Below are positions 1 to 7,889 of a stretch of 39,962 nucleotides of DNA, piece after piece (within the stretch, counting starts at the first letter, position 1; each line of letters begins with the position of its first letter). Under the pieces are notes generated by a model, which was not told where the DNA came from, made no database searches, and worked only from the letters and a program-made list of their open reading frames with translations. This DNA comes from Candidatus Hadarchaeales archaeon (lineage in GTDB: Archaea > Hadarchaeota > Hadarchaeia > Hadarchaeales > JAWBSP01), in assembly GCA_038842485.1 (NCBI GenBank), contig JAWBSP010000012.1, positions 1 through 39,962 of the forward strand, read 5' to 3'. Both the position numbers and the translations under genes were made by a program.

Positions 1-377
1 ATCTCTTACTCTCTTTACAAGAAATCCGAAACAGGGCTGACTTTGCTGGCTGAGGTTGGCTGGAACGGTCTAGCTCCTGACTTCTACATCGTGGGGGGGG
101 TGGTTACAACAATACGCATCCATCGGGGCCCAAAGATGTTTGGGTTCTTAGCAGACTTAAACCGGGAGAGATTTTTAGCTTCAGTACTTGGATGGAAAAC
201 GTTGAGGGGGAGTGGAGTATAAGAGACCTAGACAACAAGGAGACATGCTCATGGGGACTAGGGAGGTGGCCAAGTAGCCATAGACCTGACTTCCCGGTTT
301 CACTCTGGCTGAAGGTGTCACTTTACCGAATGGAAAACAACGAGTGGGTGACCTCATCTGTTCGGGAATGGTCTTGA
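1..377 (+). pseudogene. 3' part of a hypothetical protein gene interrupted by a frameshift in a G8 tract (or a homopolymer sequencing error)
   Basis: Frame 1 is open from base 1 (ISYSLYKKSETGLTLLAEVGWNGLAPDFYIVG) to the G8 run at 93-100; frame 3 is open 81-377 (GGYNNTHPSGPKDVWVLSRLKPGEIFSFSTWMENVEG...VREWS*). One extra G joins them. Confidence 0.5.
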
Positions 378-1481
378 CGAGCCTCGCGGGCCCGTAGGCG
401 GCGGGCGGCGGTGAAGTGCTCCTAGCGGTGAGGGTGAAGGGTTTATTTTCAACCACCCTTCCCCCGCTGTCCCTCCCGAGGATCCTGACCTGATGAGTCC
501 CCGCCGAGCTCGGCTGGAGGTACAACGTTCCCGAAAGCCTCCCCGAGAGGGTCAGAGGGGCCGAGTTCACCCCGACCGCCTCAACCCTCACGAGGTTTTC
601 GTATCCGTTAAGCAGCCTCGCCGAGACGGGGACGGCAAGGGCCGGAAAGCCCAGCGAATGGTAGCACGTGACCTCCTGCTCGTATACATAGCTCCCGGTC
701 TCCGTGACGGTCGTTTTCCGCTCCACCTGGACCTGCTGCTGGACGCTCTGGACGTTCCTCACGTTCGGACCTGTGGGCGGGCTCATCCCCTCCTTCTGAA
801 CCCACTCCTCAATCGTTCTGGTCTCCCAGTGCCCCTCGACCCAGACGTCGTCGTACCAGTAATAAGGGATGGTGATCTCGAAGAGCCCGAGCGAGACCTT
901 CTTCGTCTTCCAGCGCCAGACCCTTTCATAGTGCCCCTCCACCCAGTACCGCTCCTGCCTCGTAACCTTCTCCTCCCACCGCCACTTGGTCACGGTCCTC
1001 GTTTCGGGCGGAAGGGTGACCTCTCGAGTGACGGTGTAGGGCTCCGTCCAGGTCCGCCTGTAGGTGACCGCCGCCCAGGCTCCTCCACGCTTCCGGAGTC
1101 AGGGAGGCTCAGGTCGAAGGGGTCGTACCTGAGCAGAATCCGCAGCCTCTTGCTTTCCCCCAACCTGATCTCCCCCTCAACCTCCCGGTTCTCGTAACCG
1201 AGGTGGGCGAAGGTCAGGCGGTAGGAGAAGTTTTCGGGGGGAGAATGAATCTGAACTCCCCGTTCTCCGCAGCCTGCTGGCTAAGCGAGTTCTCTCCAGA
1301 GCCGGATTGGAGCAGGCCGACTATTCGTGCGGGAACCCCAAATCCCTCCTCCTCATCCAGAACGCTCCCCTCTAGGACCGGGCGGATCCTCACCACGTAA
1401 AGTGCCGGGCTCGTAAACGTACCGGGAAAGCGCCGGAGGGAAGAGGAGGAGAAGCGGCAGGACGACAAGCCATTTGCGCAT
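181..1481 (-). pseudogene. Secreted/surface protein with carboxypeptidase-regulatory-like domain and WxxGxW-like motifs, broken by three frameshifts
   Basis: ATG 1481 gives signal peptide MRKWLVVLPLLLLFPPALS; shift ~1403 to LEGSVLDEEEGFGVPA...ENGEFRFILPP; shift in G6 run 1236-1241 to ENFSYRLTFAHLGYENREV; shift ~1080 into the 181..993 frame containing WVEGHY and WVEGHW. The 3' end is uncertain (runs antisense into the + gene). Confidence 0.65.
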
Positions 1482-1624
1482 CGGAAAGAATGTCCGCCGG
1501 GAGTATTTTAATTGGGAACTACGTGCGTAATCTGGCTGTTCTTTTCGTCTGCTAAAACGATTGGCATTTGAAGTTTATGCTTGCGAGCCAGCGTGCCGTG
1601 ATTGTCGAGCAACGAATTTGTCAC

Positions 1625-1949
1625 TGCACACGTGTGCATTCTCCCGCTTTCTCATTCAGAAAAGGTTTCTGAAAACACGGTGGAATTATGCACACGTGTG
1701 CACACGGCACCAAGGTCCTGTTCACTCGGGGGCTCGCAGAAATGCTAGCGATTCTACGTGCGACTCAACGAGTTGCTACGGAAAAAATGGCGCAAGATCG
1801 GCGGTTCGGTTTGTCTCGTCTCGTGAAGAAAAAATATGATTTGAGGGGCCCGACTAAAACGGTTCCAGTACAAGATCAAAGGCTTAGTTGGATACTGCAC
1901 ACGTGTGCATAGTTTTTAGTCAGCCAAACACTTCACACGTGTGCATAAT
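1625..1949. repeat. Four copies of a 14-bp palindrome TGCACACGTGTGCA in a non-coding region
   Basis: Perfect copies at 1625-1638, 1689-1702, 1896-1909; one-mismatch copy TTCACACGTGTGCA at 1932-1945. Confidence 0.95.
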
Positions 1950-1987
1950 GCAAATCAGTCGAGCCCCGATGGTGGCAGATATACGAA

Positions 1988-2464
1988 CTACCCCCTAGGA
2001 AGTCTGTAAGTCTCCTCCCAGAGCAGGCCTAGGTTCTTCAGCAGTTCCGCAAGGTTCCTCCTGAACTCCTCGCTCTCCATCATTCCCTTGAGGGTTCGCC
2101 CCAGCACCAGTCCCAGGAAGGAGCCGAACGCCCGAGTGAATTCCGGGTTCGAAACGGCCAGCCCCTGCAGCCCCCGCTTCAAATCCTCCCCCAGTTTCAG
2201 TTTTTGGAAATCCCCGGGTTTCAGGAAGGTCGAGAGCTTCTCGTGCATGGCGGCCGAGAAGATGAGGTAGTTGCCCAGAAGTTTGGCGGTCAGGTCGGGA
2301 CCGAGCTCGTCCAGCAGCCCGAGCACCGCTTTGAGGGCACCGGGGTCGATGGTTGAGAGGGACTTTCGGAGGGCCTTCTTGGCCTCCCCGTCCATTCTGA
2401 GGAGAACCTTGCTCAGGTGCAGGGGAAGGGAGAGCAGGCCTAGGAGGTTTCTCAGCGCGCCCAT
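1988..2464 (-). CDS. Hypothetical Leu-rich helical protein (158 aa)
   Basis: ATG abuts the stop of the pyruvyl transferase gene (2465); natural-looking composition. Confidence 0.8.
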   Translation of the reverse strand: MGALRNLLGLLSLPLHLSKVLLRMDGEAKKALRKSLSTIDPGALKAVLGLLDELGPDLTAKLLGNYLIFSAAMHEKLSTFLKPGDFQKLKLGEDLKRGLQGLAVSNPEFTRAFGSFLGLVLGRTLKGMMESEEFRRNLAELLKNLGLLWEETYRLPRG

Positions 2465-3793
2465 TCAGTCACCGAAGCGCTCCCTAACCCACTTCTTCAG
2501 CAGCTCGCGGTTCTGGGAGGCCCGCTCCACGAAGATTTTGTCCTGTTTCCTTATTCTCTCCCTTATCTCCTCCTCTCTCTTGGCGAGAGCCTCCATCATG
2601 CCGACGAGCCGGTCGTAGAGGTCGGCCGGCATCTCCGGCGGGCTTACCCTGACCGGGATGTAAAAGTCCATGAGGTCGAGCTCGCGGAAGACCGCCTCCA
2701 GCCTGGAGTCCGAGGAGATGGCTATCATGGGAACCCCAGCCGAGGAGGAGAGGACGGAGGCGTGGTAGCGGGTGGTGATCAGGAAGCGGGACTCCACCAG
2801 CAGGCTCTTGATGTCGTCCACGTTGTACCGGAAGGAGGGAACCCAGCGCGCCTCCCCCCTGTGTTTCATGAGTTCCATGATCTCTCTGGCGTTCTCGCAG
2901 TCACCCTCAAAGGCGGCCATCCCGATCAGGAGGATGTTTGCCCCGAACCGCTCCACCAAGTAGTCGCAGAACCTAGCCATGTCCCTTTTGAACTGCTCGC
3001 TCAGCTTCCTCCCCTCGGGGCTAACTGCCAGCCAGTAGCTGGGCTGGGGCAGTTTCCTGCTGAGGATGGGAACGTACCCGTATTCCAGGTTCCACATGGC
3101 GTTGATGGTCTTGTATCCCTCCTTCGGGTAGAGCTTGGGCGTGATGGGAAGGAGTCCCCAGAACTCCTTCGGGGCGACGGCGATGATGGGCTTCTCGCCA
3201 AGTCCCAGGTGCCGCAGCAACGTCCTCCGGTATTCCTCTGGTGGGGTGGGGTAGAGGTAGGCCCCATCAGCCGTCACGTGAATCTCCTTCGTCACCCCGT
3301 ACTGGATCATGCGCTTCTTGGCATCCGGGTTCCTGACCATGATGAGGTCTATGCAGCGGTTGAGGGTCCGGGCCGAGGCTGAGGCGTTGTAGAACTTCAT
3401 GGGGCTGCAGTCGTTGGAGTAGGAGATGGTGTACCTTCCCCTCAGGTGCTGAAGTCTTGCCGCGAGCAGGAAGAGCCAGAGGAATCCGTCGTGGTAGGTG
3501 TCAAGGAAGGTTGAGCCCTCGCAGAGCACGACCACATCGTAGACTTCCCCCCAGATGAGCCTGTAAAGGTTTTCGAGCCCTCCCTCGAGCAGCGGGTAGA
3601 TGGAAATGATTTCAATGTCCGGGTCCTTCACGTACCTCCGCTCGTCCGAGGGTCCGGCCACCAGCACGTAGAGCTTTCCGAGCTTCTCGCCGAAGGCCTC
3701 CTTCACATCTCTGATGGTTACCAAGAGCTTCGCCTCCGAACCCGTGTTGTCCACGCCGTTCCACCCCAGCAGGAGGACGTTGAGCTTCCTCAT
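2465..3793 (-). CDS. Polysaccharide pyruvyl transferase family protein (442 aa)
   Basis: N-terminal LLLGWNGVDNTGSEA, MVRNPDA, VTADGAY, ITTRYHASVL and GVPMIAIS motifs; start at ATG 3793 overlapping the upstream stop (ATGA). Confidence 0.85.
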   Translation of the reverse strand: MRKLNVLLLGWNGVDNTGSEAKLLVTIRDVKEAFGEKLGKLYVLVAGPSDERRYVKDPDIEIISIYPLLEGGLENLYRLIWGEVYDVVVLCEGSTFLDTYHDGFLWLFLLAARLQHLRGRYTISYSNDCSPMKFYNASASARTLNRCIDLIMVRNPDAKKRMIQYGVTKEIHVTADGAYLYPTPPEEYRRTLLRHLGLGEKPIIAVAPKEFWGLLPITPKLYPKEGYKTINAMWNLEYGYVPILSRKLPQPSYWLAVSPEGRKLSEQFKRDMARFCDYLVERFGANILLIGMAAFEGDCENAREIMELMKHRGEARWVPSFRYNVDDIKSLLVESRFLITTRYHASVLSSSAGVPMIAISSDSRLEAVFRELDLMDFYIPVRVSPPEMPADLYDRLVGMMEALAKREEEIRERIRKQDKIFVERASQNRELLKKWVRERFGD

Positions 3794-4134
3794 TTCTTTG
3801 CCACCGCAATGGCCAAGGTTTCCCGGAGCAACCGGCTGGAACTCAGCAGGATGCGGGCCAGGTACTCCCTGCATCGCTCGTTCTGCAGCATGTCCGCGAG
3901 GATGGGTGCCGCCATCCCGGCCAGCGCGGGGAGGATGTCCAGCCACTCGCAGAGCTCGCGGTTAAGGCCACCCAAAATCTGTATGCTCTCCCTTACCCTC
4001 TGGTCAGAAAGGAAGGCTTGGAGGGCGCCCGAGAACTCTGGGTCGTTGAGGGCGGCAGCCCGGGGGCACGCGAGCAGATTCTCTTTGAGCGTCTGGAAGA
4101 GCTTGGGGAGCGCGAGATCCTCTAGAATTCCCAT
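3790..4134 (-). CDS. Hypothetical helical protein (114 aa)
   Basis: ATG 4134; stop overlaps the next gene's ATG (ATGA 3790-3793). Confidence 0.75.
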   Translation of the reverse strand: MGILEDLALPKLFQTLKENLLACPRAAALNDPEFSGALQAFLSDQRVRESIQILGGLNRELCEWLDILPALAGMAAPILADMLQNERCREYLARILLSSSRLLRETLAIAVAKK

Positions 4135-4177
4135 CAAAAAAAGCACCCAGCTTATTTAGCCCCCTCCGCAAGATACG

Positions 4178-4993
4178 ATGCCCAGACCAAAGCCCAGGTC
4201 GATTTCCATCTGCTCCGGGAAGGGGGGAACCGGCAAGACCACCCTCACGGCCAACCTCGGGATCGCGCTGGGCTCGATGGGGAAACGGGTGATCATCATG
4301 GACGCTGACTTGGCGATGGCGAACCTCTCCATCGTCATGGGGATGCATAGGTGTGAGATCACCTTCTTCGACGTGCTGAAGGGGGAGGCCTCGCTCGACC
4401 AGGCCCTCTACCAGAACTACGGGGTTCAGGTGCTGCCGGCGGGCTTCAGATTCGAGGAGGTCCAGGAGGTTCTCCCGAACTTGAAGCGCGAGCAGGTGGA
4501 GGAGACAGTTACGGAGCTCCTGAACCGGGCGGACATCCTCCTCATCGATGCCGCGGCCGGGATTCAGGAATCCACCCTCTTCTCCCTCGCGGCTGCCAGG
4601 GAGGCCCTTCCCGTGAGCGTTCCCTCGTACGCCAGCTTGGTGGACTGCTACAAGACGATCAGGCTGGCCAACCTCCTGAGAGCCTGGACGAGGGGACTCG
4701 TGCTGAACCGGGTGGGGGCAACCGATCTCGCCAGGGAGGAGGTGGAGGCCTTCATGAGCAGGGCGGTCAAGGGGCTCCCCATTCTGGCCGAGATACCGGA
4801 GGATCCGAAGGTCAGGGAGGCGGAAAGGGAGGGGGTCCCGGTGGTGGTTTACGAGCCCAATTGCCCGGCTTCGGAGGCCATTCACCGTTTGGCCCAGGTG
4901 GTTGGGGGAGAGGAGGGACTCCCCTACCTTCCGACCGAGGAGCGGGAAATCAGGGAGACCACTAGGAGGCTCCTCTCGGCTCTGGGCTGCTAG
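4178..4993 (+). CDS. minD: MinD/ParA-family P-loop ATPase (archaeal MinD-like)
   Basis: Deviant Walker A SGKGGTGKTT, DADLAMANL, LLIDAAAG, VLNRV, IPEDPKVREA. Confidence 0.9.
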   Translation: MPRPKPRSISICSGKGGTGKTTLTANLGIALGSMGKRVIIMDADLAMANLSIVMGMHRCEITFFDVLKGEASLDQALYQNYGVQVLPAGFRFEEVQEVLPNLKREQVEETVTELLNRADILLIDAAAGIQESTLFSLAAAREALPVSVPSYASLVDCYKTIRLANLLRAWTRGLVLNRVGATDLAREEVEAFMSRAVKGLPILAEIPEDPKVREAEREGVPVVVYEPNCPASEAIHRLAQVVGGEEGLPYLPTEEREIRETTRRLLSALGC

Positions 4994-5220
4994 ATTTTTG
5001 AAAAGCGCTGCCCTTTCTCCCCTCCTGGAGGCAAAGTTCGTGTACCTTCTCTACATCCTCCCTAGTGGGAACCGACAGCCACCTCCCCACCCTCTCCAGC
5101 TCCTTCAGCTTTTCTTCGAGGCTCCAGTCCAGCTGACCCACCACGCATCTGACCCTCCTAGGGAAGTTGGGTTCGTTGCAGGCGCTCTCCGAGACACCTA
5201 CGGCAGGCTAAGACCACCAT
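4962..5220 (-). other. Possible small Cys-containing protein gene with one frameshift
   Basis: ATG 5220 reads MVVLACRRC; removing one base joins it to ACNEPNFPRRVRCVVGQLDWSLEEKLKELERVG (frame of ORF 4962..5144). Confidence 0.3.
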
Positions 5221-5283
5221 CAATATACCCAAAAAATTTCACACCGCTCGGGGGGCGTTTGCCGCCAACCGGTTTTTTCAATC

Positions 5284-5329
5284 TTTCGGAAAAATCCGAA
5301 AATTTTGAAGGCTAAAAAAGATTTATATA
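5284..5329 (+). promoter_or_regulatory. Inverted repeat followed by BRE/TATA-like promoter
   Basis: TTTCGGA-AAAA-TCCGAAA at 5284-5301; AAAAAAGATTTATATA at 5314-5329, about 25 bp before ATG 5350. Confidence 0.6.
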
Positions 5330-5349
5330 CACGATATAACTGAAATTTT

Positions 5350-5478
5350 ATGATGAGGATGGACGCGCTGCCAACGGTGTGCAAGAAGTGTAGGCTCTTC
5401 TACCTATACCCGCAGGGGCTGGACTATTCAAGGAACCCCTGCCCGAGGTGTGGGTATGAGAACAACCACTCGACGTAA
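5350..5478 (+). CDS. Zinc-ribbon microprotein (42 aa, CxxC...CPxCG)
   Basis: MMRMDALPTVCKKCRLFYLYPQGLDYSRNPCPRCGYENNHST*; TATA box upstream; below the ORF-track length cutoff. The start could be 5353 or 5359. Confidence 0.7.
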   Translation: MMRMDALPTVCKKCRLFYLYPQGLDYSRNPCPRCGYENNHST

Positions 5479-5584
5479 GGAGAAGTCCTTCTCCTGCCCG
5501 AGGTGCGGGTTTGTGATGGAGGACAGGTATTCTTACAAGATGCACCTGACTAAGAGCTGCCCCAAGCTTTCAGCCCGAAACTGA
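5456..5584 (+). CDS. C2H2-like (C2HC) zinc-finger microprotein (42 aa)
   Basis: MRTTTRRKEKSFSCPRCGFVMEDRYSYKMHLTKSCPKLSARN*; pattern F-x-C-x2-C-x12-H-x4-C. Confidence 0.7.
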   Translation: MRTTTRRKEKSFSCPRCGFVMEDRYSYKMHLTKSCPKLSARN

Positions 5585-6493
5585 TTTGGTTCCGTACACT
5601 CTGGGTTTGGTGAACCTCTCGATGAGCGGGGAGAAGGCGTTCATGATCAGGATGGAGAAGGTGACCCCCTCCGGAAGGCTTCCGAACTCCCTTATCACCA
5701 CCAGCAGGCATCCCGCCCCCACCCCGAAGAGGAGCTTCCCCCGCTTGGTGATGGGGGTGGTGACGTAGTCCGTGGCCATGAAGAATGCCCCCAGCAGGAG
5801 TCCACCGGCCAGAAGGTGGAAGGCGACCGGTTCCCCGAGCACCCAGGTCAGGAGGGCGACAGTTCCGAGGTAGGATGCCGGTATCCTCCAGTCAATCAGC
5901 CTCAGGGCGAGAAGGGCTGCTCCCCCCACCAGAAGGCAGGCGGCCGAGATCTCCCCTATCGATCCCGGTCTGAAACCCCAGAACATGTCAGAGAGGGAGA
6001 AGGGCTGGACATGCTGGTGCTTCCAAAGGTTCAGTGGCGTGGCGGAGGAGGTGGCCTCAAAGGGAACGGGCCAGGTAGAGGGCGCGAGGAGGGCGGGCCA
6101 GGAGAGGGTGAGGAAGGCCCTCCCCACCAGTGCTGGGTTGAAGATGTTGTTCCCGGTCCCCCCGAAGGCGATTTTACCCGCGAAGATGGCGAAGGCCGAC
6201 CCGACCGCCGGGATCCAGAGTGGGACGGACGGTGGAAGGCAGAGGGCGAGCAGGAGTCCGGTCACCGCCGCCGAGAGCCCCGGTTCCTTCCTTATCATCC
6301 AGCAGCCAATCCACTCAGAAATCAGAGCGGAGGAGATGGAGGTCGAGATGATTCTGAGCGCCCCGATCCCAAAGGCGTATACCCCCCAGCAAGCGGCAGG
6401 GAGGAGGGACAGGCAGACGGCAAGCATGATATGGTCCGAAGCCAGCCTGCTCTTGAGGTGAGGGGGAGGGGAAACGGTGAGATTCTGCATCAT
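5570..6493 (-). CDS. rnfD: Rnf electron transport complex subunit D
   Basis: SPPPH N-terminus, FGGTGNNIFNPALVGRAF, SSATPL (FMN-accepting Thr), GSIGEIS, FFMATDYVTTP; start ATG 6493 overlaps the rnfC stop. Confidence 0.93.
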   Translation of the reverse strand: MMQNLTVSPPPHLKSRLASDHIMLAVCLSLLPAACWGVYAFGIGALRIISTSISSALISEWIGCWMIRKEPGLSAAVTGLLLALCLPPSVPLWIPAVGSAFAIFAGKIAFGGTGNNIFNPALVGRAFLTLSWPALLAPSTWPVPFEATSSATPLNLWKHQHVQPFSLSDMFWGFRPGSIGEISAACLLVGGAALLALRLIDWRIPASYLGTVALLTWVLGEPVAFHLLAGGLLLGAFFMATDYVTTPITKRGKLLFGVGAGCLLVVIREFGSLPEGVTFSILIMNAFSPLIERFTKPRVYGTKSVSG

Positions 6494-7767
6494 TTTTTCA
6501 CCAGTGCGGAGGCCTTCAGCTTCCCCTCCCTCATCAGGTGGACGAGCGGGATCTTGGAGGGGCAGACGTAGCCGCAGCACCCGCACTCGTCGCAGCTCAG
6601 GATGTAGTTTGAGAGGCACTCCTCGTACCTTCCGGCTCTCACGAGCTTGGCGAGCAGGGTGGGCATGAGCCCCATCGGGCAGGCATCCAGACACCTCCCG
6701 CACCTTATGCAGGGCTCCTCCACCTCCCTGCGAACCTCACCCATCACCAGCACGCATCCCGTGGTTTTGGCGACGGGCGCATCCCGGGACAGGGCCACCC
6801 CGGTCATGGGTCCTCCCGCTATAATTTTGGCTGCCTTTCCCGCAACACCCCCGCACTGCTCGAGGAGATCCGAGAAAGGAGTTCCCACCCTCACAAGCAA
6901 ATTCTTGGGCTCGCCCACCTCCCCGGTGACGGTCACCACCCTCTCCACCAGCGCCTTCCCCTTCACCGCATCGGCGACCGCCTTCAGGGTGCTCACGTTC
7001 TGGACCACCACCCCGACATCGAAAGGTAGCCCCCCTGCTGGAACCTCCACCCCCAGAAGTGACTTGATCAGGTGCCGCTCATCTCCCCTCGGATACCTCG
7101 TCTTCAGAACCGAAACCTCCGCGAAGCCCTCTGCCACCTGCCTCATCCGTTCGGCCGCATCCAGTTTGTTGTCCTCCACGGCCACGATCACTCTGCGCAC
7201 TCCAAGAAGGTTTGCGGCAATTTTCGCCCCCTCCATGATCTCCTCCGGCTTTTCCAGCATGAGCCTGTGGTCGCAGGTGATGTACGGCTCGCACTCCACC
7301 CCGTTCACGATGAGGGTGTGAACTGGCTTGGGAGGATTCAGCTTGATGTGGGTGGGAAATCCCGCTCCCCCCATTCCCACCACCCCGCACTCCCTGATTC
7401 GCTGGAGGAGCACCTCCTTGGGGGAGTTTGGGTCTAAGGGTGGAAGCTGGATCTCTTCATCCCTCCCGTCCGACTCAACGGTGATGCAGGTCACGAATTC
7501 TCCGGAGGGGGCGAGTTCGGTCGAGATCTTGCTCACCACCCCAGAGATGGAGGAGTGAACGGGAGCGGAGACCCTGGCGGCAGAGTCTCCGATCTTCTGT
7601 CCCCTCTTCACGGTGTCCCCAACCTTTACGAGCGGATCGCAGGGAGCCCCCACGTGCTGGCGCAAGGGAATTATCACCCGCTGGGGGGTCCTAGCTCTCT
7701 CTGTCGGTTTTGAGGCGGTCCACTTCCTCTCGGGCGGATGCACTCCTCCCCTAAATCTGGGCATCAT
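6490..7767 (-). CDS. rnfC: Rnf electron transport complex subunit C
   Basis: FRGGVHPP, QHVGAP, GVVGMGGAGFPTH, NGVECEPYITCD, GGPMTG and two ferredoxin motifs CIRCGRCLDACP / CDECGCCGYVCP. Confidence 0.93.
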   Translation of the reverse strand: MMPRFRGGVHPPERKWTASKPTERARTPQRVIIPLRQHVGAPCDPLVKVGDTVKRGQKIGDSAARVSAPVHSSISGVVSKISTELAPSGEFVTCITVESDGRDEEIQLPPLDPNSPKEVLLQRIRECGVVGMGGAGFPTHIKLNPPKPVHTLIVNGVECEPYITCDHRLMLEKPEEIMEGAKIAANLLGVRRVIVAVEDNKLDAAERMRQVAEGFAEVSVLKTRYPRGDERHLIKSLLGVEVPAGGLPFDVGVVVQNVSTLKAVADAVKGKALVERVVTVTGEVGEPKNLLVRVGTPFSDLLEQCGGVAGKAAKIIAGGPMTGVALSRDAPVAKTTGCVLVMGEVRREVEEPCIRCGRCLDACPMGLMPTLLAKLVRAGRYEECLSNYILSCDECGCCGYVCPSKIPLVHLMREGKLKASALVKK

Positions 7768-7833
7768 ACTGTATCCGCCACAAAATAATTCCAACCGGGG
7801 ACTCACCCTATAAACTGGCGCGTCGAAAAATTA

Positions 7834-7889
7834 GCGCGATGAGGTAAAGGCTAGTCTGAACTATGATGAGGATTTTGAGTGCCGAGCGC
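7834..7889 (+). ncRNA. Box C/D methylation guide sRNA
   Basis: C-like GCGATGA 7836-7842; 13-nt guide; D' CTGA 7856-7859; C' ATGATGA 7863-7869; 12-nt guide; D-like CCGA 7882-7885; terminal GCGC/GCGC; TATAAA at 7809-7814. Confidence 0.75.

Noticed and set aside
1862-1882. ORB-like sequence GTTCCAGTACAAGATCAAAGG
   Set aside because: Single partial match lacking the GGAAA core and G-string; no orc1/cdc6 in the window.
1561-1912. ORFs 1561..1839 and 1688..1912
   Set aside because: Atypical composition; they merely translate the palindromes (HTCA).
1625-1945. CRISPR array interpretation of the palindromic repeats
   Set aside because: Repeats are only 14-17 bp with irregular spacing (64, 207, 36 bp), and no cas genes are present.
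1938-1965. dif-like site (CGTGTGCATAA resembles a bacterial XerC arm)
   Set aside because: No matching second arm after a 6-bp spacer.
4004-4885. Long antisense or alternate-frame ORFs (e.g. 4004..4885, 5816..6571, 14389..15057, 37136..37852)
   Set aside because: Shadow ORFs of well-supported genes in GC-rich DNA, with no recognisable motifs.
5350-5400. ATGATGA as a box C motif
   Set aside because: No D/D' box at suitable spacing; explained by tandem Met codons.
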